Assembly (NCBI GenBank): GCA_021151685.1
Contig: JAGKWS010000004.1
Location: 15,800-79,799, forward strand
DNA from: Chitinophagaceae bacterium
GTDB lineage: Bacteria; Bacteroidota; Bacteroidia; Chitinophagales; Chitinophagaceae
DNA: 64,000 bases
Direction of reading: 5' to 3'
Part shown: piece by piece, positions 58,022-64,000 of the stretch
Position numbering within the stretch: the first letter of the stretch is position 1
Layout: each line of letters begins with the position of its first letter
Program-made: the position numbers and the translations under genes
The notes under the pieces: generated by a model
The model's database searches: none
The model's input: the letters and a program-made list of their open reading frames with translations, nothing else
Told to the model about the DNA's origin: nothing

Positions 58022-61000
58022 TTACATATTCCTTCTGTACTGGCCACCTACCTCAAACAGGGCCTTGGTTATTTGCCCCAGCGAGCAGTATTTCACCACA
58101 TCTACCAGCGATTCGAAGATGTTGCCGTTATGGATAGCTGTTTGTTGCAGGGCACGCAGTTTTTCGGCACTTTTGCCTTCGCTGCGTTTCCACAAGTTTT
58201 GTACGGTAGCTATCTGTGCTTCTTTTTCTTCGGTGGTAGAGCGTATCACCTCGGCAGGTATCACTGTCGGCGACCCCTTAGAGCTCAGGAAGGTGTTTAC
58301 TCCTATTATCGGGAACTCACCTGTGTGCTTCAGCATTTCGTAGTGCAGGCTTTCTTCCTGTATCTTGCCACGCTGGTACATGGTTTCCATGGCACCCAAT
58401 ACGCCGCCACGTTCTGTTATGCGGTCGAATTCTGTCAGCACCGCTTCCTCTACAAGGTCAGTCAGTTCTTCTATAATGAAAGAACCCTGTAGTGGGTTCT
58501 CGTTTTTGGCCAGACCCAGCTCTTTGTTGATAATGAGTTGTATAGCCATAGCACGGCGCACACTTTCTTCGGTAGGCGTGGTAATGGCCTCGTCATAGGC
58601 ATTGGTGTGCAGCGAGTTACAGTTGTCGTATATGGCATACAACGCCTGCAGGGTAGTACGTATGTCGTTAAAGTCTATCTCTTGTGCGTGCAGCGAGCGG
58701 CCCGATGTCTGAATATGGTATTTCAGCATTTGAGAGCGTTCGTTGCCGCCATATTTCAGCTTCATGGCCTTGGCCCATATGCGGCGGGCCACGCGGCCTA
58801 TCACGCTATACTCGGGGTCTATACCATTGCTGAAGAAGAACGACAGGTTGGGTGCAAAATCGTCTATATGCATACCACGGCTCAGGTAGTACTCTACAAA
58901 CGTGAAGCCGTTTGACAAAGTAAATGCCAACTGTGATATGGGGTTGGCACCCGCCTCGGCTATGTGGTAGCCGCTGATAGATACCGAATAGAAGTTGCGT
59001 ACCTTTTTGTCTATAAAGTATTGCTGCACATCGCCCATTACCCGTAGCGAGAACTCTGTAGAGAAGATGCAGGTATTCTGTGCCTGATCTTCTTTCAGTA
59101 TGTCGGCCTGTACCGTACCACGTACGGCACTGAGGGTTTTGGCTTTTATCTGTTCGTAGACATCGGCAGGCAGTACCTGATCACCAGTTACACCCAGCAG
59201 CATCAGTCCCAGCCCGTCATTACCCTCTGGCAAAGTACCGTTGTAGCGGGGGCGTTCCAGTCCCAAATCTTTGTAAATGGCTTCTATTTTAGCTTCCACC
59301 TCTGCCTCCAGCCCATGCTCGCGTATGTACAACTCGCACTGCTGGTCTATGGCGGCATTCATAAAGAAGGCGGCAATAGTAGGTGCAGGGCCATTGATGG
59401 TCATGGACACCGATGTCATAGGGTCGGCCAGATTGAAGCCGCTGTACAGTTTCTTGGCATCATCCAGACAGCACACACTCACACCCGAGTTGCCCACCTT
59501 GCCATATATGTCGGGGCGATGGTCGGGGTCTTGTCCGTAGAGCGTCACACTATCAAAGGCGGTACTCAGGCGTTTGGCCGGCATACCTGCCGATACATAG
59601 TGGAAACGTTTGTTGGTACGCTCGGGGCCGCCTTCGCCGGCAAACATACGTGCAGGGTCTTCGCCCACCCGCTTGAACGGATAGATGCCCGATGCATACG
59701 GAAACTCGCCGGGGAAGTTCTCGGCCAATGCCCACTTCAGTATCTCGCCCCATGCCTCGTAGCGTGGTACCGATACCTTGGGTATTTGCAGGTGAGAGAG
59801 CGACTCGGTATGGGTTTTTACCTTCACTTCCTTGTCGCGCACCTTAAATACATAGTACTCGTCGGTATAGTTGCGTTTCTTCTGTTCCCAGTTTTCCAGC
59901 AGGTGCTTGTTTTTAGGGCCCAGTTCCATTTCGGTGCGAGCGTACACCTCTTGCAGTGTTTTTATGAGGCGGTCTTTGTCATCTACATTCATAGCCTCTA
60001 TGGTGGCTATAGTTTGTTTGATGCCAAAGAGCTTTTGTGCAATGCCAGCCTGTGTTTTGGCCCAGTTGTCGTAGGTGCGGTTGTTGTCGGCAATTTCGCT
60101 CAGGTAGCGGTTGCGCTGTGGTGGAATGATGAATATCTTCTCGCTCATCTCGTCCGTTACGGTAAAGTCCGAGTTGAGCGGGGCACCTGTTTTGGCCACA
60201 ATAGCATCCATTAGTTTGCGGTACATGGTATTGGTACCGGGGTCGTTGAACTGAGAAGCTATGGTACCAAACACCGGCATATCATCGGCGGGTTGTTCAA
60301 ACAATTTATGGTTGCGCTGGTATTGTTTCTTTACATCGCGCAGGGCATCCATGGCACCGCGTTTGTCGAACTTGTTAATAACCACGATGTCGGCAAAATC
60401 CAGCATGTCTATCTTCTCCAACTGTGTGGCGGCACCGTATTCTGGTGTCATCACGTATAGGCTCAGGTCGCAATAGTCGGTTATCTGCGTATCGCTCTGG
60501 CCTATGCCCGATGTTTCGAGGATTATGAGGTCGAAACCCGATGCCTTCAATACGTTTACCGCATCGTGTATGTGCTTAGACACTGCAAGGTTGCTCTGGC
60601 GGGTAGCCATAGAGCGCATGTACACCCGGTTGTTGCGTATGGCATTCATACGTATACGGTCGCCAAGCAGGGCACCTCCGGTTTTCCGCTTAGATGGGTC
60701 TACCGATATAATGCCAATGTGTTTATCCTTAAAGTCGAGCAGGAAACGGCGCACCAGTTCGTCAACCAGCGAGCTTTTACCCGCACCACCGGTACCGGTA
60801 ATGCCCAGTACGGGTGTGGTAGATTGTGCAGCAGCAGCCTCTACCTTGCGCAGTGCGGCCTGTGTCTCGGGCAGATGGTGGTAGTTTTCTGCGGCCGATA
60901 TGAGTTTGGCAATGGCTTTCACATCGCGCTCAGCCAAATGGCCGGCTTCGCCGTTCAGTTGGTTGCCGGTGGCATAGTCGCATTTTTGCAGCAGGTCGTC

Positions 61001-61396
61001 TATCATACCCTGCAAACCCATAGCGCGGCCATCATCGGGCGAGTAGATGCGGGAAATGCCGTAGGCTTCCAGCTCCTTTATTTCGTCGGGCAGTATAACA
61101 CCGCCACCGCCGCCAAAGATTTTTATGTGGCCGCAACCGGCCTGTTGCAGCAGGTCGTACATGTACTTGAAGTACTCCATGTGGCCACCCTGATAAGAAG
61201 TGATGGCAATGCCATTGGCATCTTCCTGAATGGCACAGTCTACCACGTCTTGCACACTGCGGTCGTGGCCCAGGTGTATCACCTCTGCGCCACTGGCTTG
61301 CATAATGCGGCGCATGATGTTGATAGATGCATCGTGCCCGTCGAACAATGAGGCCGCTGTAACCAGCCTTACTTTGTGCTGTAGTGTATATGCCAT
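58022..61396 (-). CDS. icmF: Fused B12-dependent acyl-CoA mutase + MeaB-like GTPase (IcmF type)
   Basis: B12-binding [12 protein letters not shown], GTPase [12 protein letters not shown], mutase barrel RMFAGEG...LSTAFDS...[10 protein letters not shown]. Confidence 0.88.
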   Translation of the reverse strand: MAYTLQHKVRLVTAASLFDGHDASINIMRRIMQASGAEVIHLGHDRSVQDVVDCAIQEDANGIAITSYQGGHMEYFKYMYDLLQQAGCGHIKIFGGGGGVILPDEIKELEAYGISRIYSPDDGRAMGLQGMIDDLLQKCDYATGNQLNGEAGHLAERDVKAIAKLISAAENYHHLPETQAALRKVEAAAAQSTTPVLGITGTGGAGKSSLVDELVRRFLLDFKDKHIGIISVDPSKRKTGGALLGDRIRMNAIRNNRVYMRSMATRQSNLAVSKHIHDAVNVLKASGFDLIILETSGIGQSDTQITDYCDLSLYVMTPEYGAATQLEKIDMLDFADIVVINKFDKRGAMDALRDVKKQYQRNHKLFEQPADDMPVFGTIASQFNDPGTNTMYRKLMDAIVAKTGAPLNSDFTVTDEMSEKIFIIPPQRNRYLSEIADNNRTYDNWAKTQAGIAQKLFGIKQTIATIEAMNVDDKDRLIKTLQEVYARTEMELGPKNKHLLENWEQKKRNYTDEYYVFKVRDKEVKVKTHTESLSHLQIPKVSVPRYEAWGEILKWALAENFPGEFPYASGIYPFKRVGEDPARMFAGEGGPERTNKRFHYVSAGMPAKRLSTAFDSVTLYGQDPDHRPDIYGKVGNSGVSVCCLDDAKKLYSGFNLADPMTSVSMTINGPAPTIAAFFMNAAIDQQCELYIREHGLEAEVEAKIEAIYKDLGLERPRYNGTLPEGNDGLGLMLLGVTGDQVLPADVYEQIKAKTLSAVRGTVQADILKEDQAQNTCIFSTEFSLRVMGDVQQYFIDKKVRNFYSVSISGYHIAEAGANPISQLAFTLSNGFTFVEYYLSRGMHIDDFAPNLSFFFSNGIDPEYSVIGRVARRIWAKAMKLKYGGNERSQMLKYHIQTSGRSLHAQEIDFNDIRTTLQALYAIYDNCNSLHTNAYDEAITTPTEESVRRAMAIQLIINKELGLAKNENPLQGSFIIEELTDLVEEAVLTEFDRITERGGVLGAMETMYQRGKIQEESLHYEMLKHTGEFPIIGVNTFLSSKGSPTVIPAEVIRSTTEEKEAQIATVQNLWKRSEGKSAEKLRALQQTAIHNGNIFESLVDVVKYCSLGQITKALFEVGGQYRRNM

Positions 61397-61426
61397 ACAG
61401 TTATTTTATATATCAATTTCGGATGG

Positions 61427-61434
61427 CAAAGTTA
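61427..61434 (-). promoter_or_regulatory. -7 element (TAACTTTG) for icmF
   Basis: Exact TAnnTTTG match 30 nt upstream of the ATG. Confidence 0.55.
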
Positions 61435-61485
61435 CGACATGAAAGGGTAAAACAAGGCCAACATAACAGTAGTAGCGATATTTAC

Positions 61486-61493
61486 TATCTTTG
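61486..61493 (+). promoter_or_regulatory. -7 element (TATCTTTG) for the AAA ATPase operon
   Basis: Exact TAnnTTTG match 17 nt upstream of the ATG. Confidence 0.55.
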
Positions 61494-61510
61494 CGTGAAA
61501 ATTTCACGCG

Positions 61511-62872
61511 ATGTTGGTAAGGGTAGTTGTGAAGAATCTTTTTTCATTCCGGGAATACACGGAATTCAACTTGTTGCCGGGTAAGTTCAACCGCTTGCCG
61601 CATCATGTACAACATGTTGGTAATGTTGATGTGCTTAAACTTTCTGCTGTTTATGGTGCCAATGGTGCCGGAAAAAGCAACTTGATACGAGCACTGGCAC
61701 TACTGCAACGACTTGTAATGACAGGGACGCTGCCAATAGAGTTGATAACGCAGACCTATAAACTGGACAAAGACGGTGCTGAAAAAGATGTATATCTGGG
61801 TCTGGAGTTTGTTAAGGATGAAGTGCCATATTATTATGGTATCACAATAAATAAGGGCATAATTATAGAAGAAGAATTGCAGATAAGCGGTCTTGGTAAA
61901 AAAGATGATATTACTTTATTTATTCGTACAGACACGAATGCGGAAAAAAACATATCACTGACATTCTCTGCAGACATTGCTGTAGACAGTGATGCCTCGC
62001 AGTTTCGCTCGTTTCTGGAGAATGAAATGCTGGAACGCAACAAGCCCGCATTTTTTTACATGAAAAACAGAAAGAATGTGGTGTTTGAACCATTTAAGAA
62101 AGCGTTGGAATGGTTCGAAAAAGATCTTGTGATACTCTTGCCTACTACCAAAGCAAGGGCAATAGCCAAATTATTGGAAAAACAGGACCAGTTCAGCACG
62201 TTTATAAGAGATACGTTGCAGACGTTAGGAACAGGCATTGCAGATATTCATATAGAGAGTATACCCATAGAAGAATATTTTGGACAGGATGATATAGATG
62301 AAGCTGAACGGATATCGGCTAAATTGAGGGCCAACCCCCAAAAGAACAATTTTTCGAATAGTGCGAATCAAGGTGTGCTTTTTACGCTGGAGAATAATAG
62401 AGTGTTTGCCAAAAAGATTGTATTCACCCATAGTTCTGGTAGTGGTCTGGTAAAGTTCCAATACTCAGAAGAATCGGACGGAACCAGAAAGCTTATAGAC
62501 CTTCTACCTGCTATCTATTTTGTGAAGAACGCTGAAAAGGTGTTTGTTATAGACGAAATAGAAAGAAGTATTCATCCGTTGCTGATCAAAGAGTTGATTA
62601 GCAAATATTCCCTGGACAAGGAAACGAAAGGACAGCTTATCTTCTCTACGCACGAGTCGAACTTGCTGGATCAGGCCATTTTTCGGCCCGATGAAATATG
62701 GTTTGCCGAAAAGAACAGGGATGGTGCCACTGAAATATATACGCTCAGCGAATTCAAAGAGCATCATACCATAGACATAAGGAAAGGTTATCTGAATGGC
62801 CGCTATGGGGGTATACCTTTTTTGGGCAATTTAAAGGACTTGAACTGGGACAAATATGCCGAAGCCAATTAA
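61511..62872 (+). CDS. AAA_21-type ABC ATPase (RloA/AbiLi-like)
   Basis: NLFSF, YGANGAGKSN, ESDGTRKL, IDEIERSIHP, FSTHES, WFAEK, YLNGRYGGIP. Confidence 0.88.
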   Translation: MLVRVVVKNLFSFREYTEFNLLPGKFNRLPHHVQHVGNVDVLKLSAVYGANGAGKSNLIRALALLQRLVMTGTLPIELITQTYKLDKDGAEKDVYLGLEFVKDEVPYYYGITINKGIIIEEELQISGLGKKDDITLFIRTDTNAEKNISLTFSADIAVDSDASQFRSFLENEMLERNKPAFFYMKNRKNVVFEPFKKALEWFEKDLVILLPTTKARAIAKLLEKQDQFSTFIRDTLQTLGTGIADIHIESIPIEEYFGQDDIDEAERISAKLRANPQKNNFSNSANQGVLFTLENNRVFAKKIVFTHSSGSGLVKFQYSEESDGTRKLIDLLPAIYFVKNAEKVFVIDEIERSIHPLLIKELISKYSLDKETKGQLIFSTHESNLLDQAIFRPDEIWFAEKNRDGATEIYTLSEFKEHHTIDIRKGYLNGRYGGIPFLGNLKDLNWDKYAEAN

Positions 62873-63511
62873 ATTCAACTACGAGAAGAAAGCACCCTTC
62901 AGAGACGCTTCTCTGTTCATTATTGTGTGCGAAGGTGGCAACTGGGAGCCCGATTATTTCAGGTTCTTTGATGGCATGTCGCCAAGGGTGATAGTAGTAC
63001 CCGTAGAATGTGTGGATGGTAAGAGTGCTCCTAAGTATCTCATAGAACCGGCTACCGCAGAGGAAGAGAAACGTGATGCAACCAGAGAGAATGATTGCCT
63101 ATGGTTTGTGATAGACACTGACAAGTGGCAGGATCAGATACACGAATTGAGGCAGATATGTAATGACCACCCTCGTTGGCATGTGGCACAAAGTACCCGT
63201 GTTTTGAGGTGTGGTTGTATAGGCACGTAAGCGCATTGTCGGCCAAAATTGCCCAGCCCGGGCGGTGTAGTACATGGAAGCCCTATTTGCACCAAATTTT
63301 GAATGGTGGTTTTGATCCTACTCGTCACCCGGTGGCAATAGAAATAGCCATTGAAAATGCTAAAAATACTTACTCTGAAACGGGCTATACCCCCAATGTG
63401 GGTAGCACACAGCTTTGGCAACTGGGAGAGATGTTGCTGCCTTTTATAAAGAAGCAGTTGGACGATATAAAGGTACATTACCCTGCGCCTGTTGTTGTTT
63501 CCAACTCATAA
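62856..63511 (+). pseudogene. RloB/AbiLii-like TOPRIM protein with a 1-nt frameshift
   Basis: IVCEG and VIDTD in the first frame; the expected SNPCFE.W motif is split (agt acc cgt gtt vs agt aAc ccg tgt ttt gag). One base is missing at about 63195; the remainder reads in the frame of track ORF 63176..63511. Confidence 0.8.
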
Positions 63512-63763
63512 TTTGACATCGATAGTGTATTAATATTCTTGTGGAGCTGTAGTAAACCTACATTACAAGGTTCATTATTAGCGAGAAATTAATTAATTGA
63601 GAATAAATATATTATTTGTATGGCATATTTTGCAAATGCCGCATCTATTTGATTATCTTTAATTCTTATCTGTTGGCAATAAAATTCGAGTTTTGCAAGT
63701 CCTGTATTTAGTTGCCACTGGTTTGTACCCAACAATATCTTGTCACCATTACACCACAAGCCT

Positions 63764-64000
63764 ATGTTACACACCACTACCCACCCCATACGAATACTTA
63801 TCTGCATTGTGATGGTACTGTGCGGTACACACATACCCACCTTTGCCCAAATCGTTACCACCGTAGCAGGCAACGGCACTTTTACCCTCTCGGGCGATGG
63901 TGGGCCGGCTACACTGGCGGGTATAAGCATACCGGGCCATTTAGCGGTAGATACTGCTGGTAACCTCTATCTGTGTAACAGTACGGTAGTTCGTAAAGTA
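63764..64000 (+). CDS. NHL-repeat secreted protein, partial (runs off right edge)
   Basis: Hand translation: MLHTTTHPIRILICIVMVLCGTHIPTFAQIVTTVAGNGTFTLSGDGGPATLAG...AVDTAGNLYLC. Confidence 0.8.
   Translation, partial: MLHTTTHPIRILICIVMVLCGTHIPTFAQIVTTVAGNGTFTLSGDGGPATLAGISIPGHLAVDTAGNLYLCNSTVVRKV

Noticed and set aside
63180-63205. Programmed ribosomal frameshift in rloB
   Set aside because: No X_XXY_YYZ slippery site or stimulatory hairpin; a simple deletion explains it.
1-64000. CRISPR array, tRNA, rRNA, integrase or transposase
   Set aside because: No regularly spaced repeat-spacer units, cloverleafs, rRNA-like stretches or recombinase motifs seen by eye; tRNAscan and CRISPRCasFinder were not run.

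Overview
Bacteroidota chromosome segment, most likely Chitinophagales (inferred from TTTG-N19-21-TAnnTTTG promoters, T9SS genes and gene style). The backbone is housekeeping (pdxA, leucyl aminopeptidase, rsmA, greA, lspA, zapA, murF, tadA, guaA, aroA, aroB, icmF-like mutase). It also holds many type IX secretion/gliding genes (gldJ, porU, porV, gldD, a second PorV paralog, several type A and B CTD cargo proteins, and an Ig-repeat surface protein running off the left edge). Four AT-richer accessory inserts occur with no integrase or transposase in view: (i) a nucleotidyltransferase + endonuclease IV-like TIM-barrel pair, (ii) hicAB + a Pif1-like helicase splitting an Fe-S gene pair, (iii) a stand-alone OLD-type ATPase-TOPRIM gene, and (iv) an AbiL-like AAA ATPase + RloB pair with a frameshifted rloB. 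Best candidates for an undescribed system: the three-gene operon at 42282-44631 (protein-glutaminase + free-standing copy of its pro-domain + secreted protein with thioester-domain-like motifs) and the NTase/EndoIV-like operon at 5428-7245, which appears to begin at an ATT codon. No rRNA, tRNA or CRISPR array was seen. All family calls come from motif recognition by eye; no searches were run.
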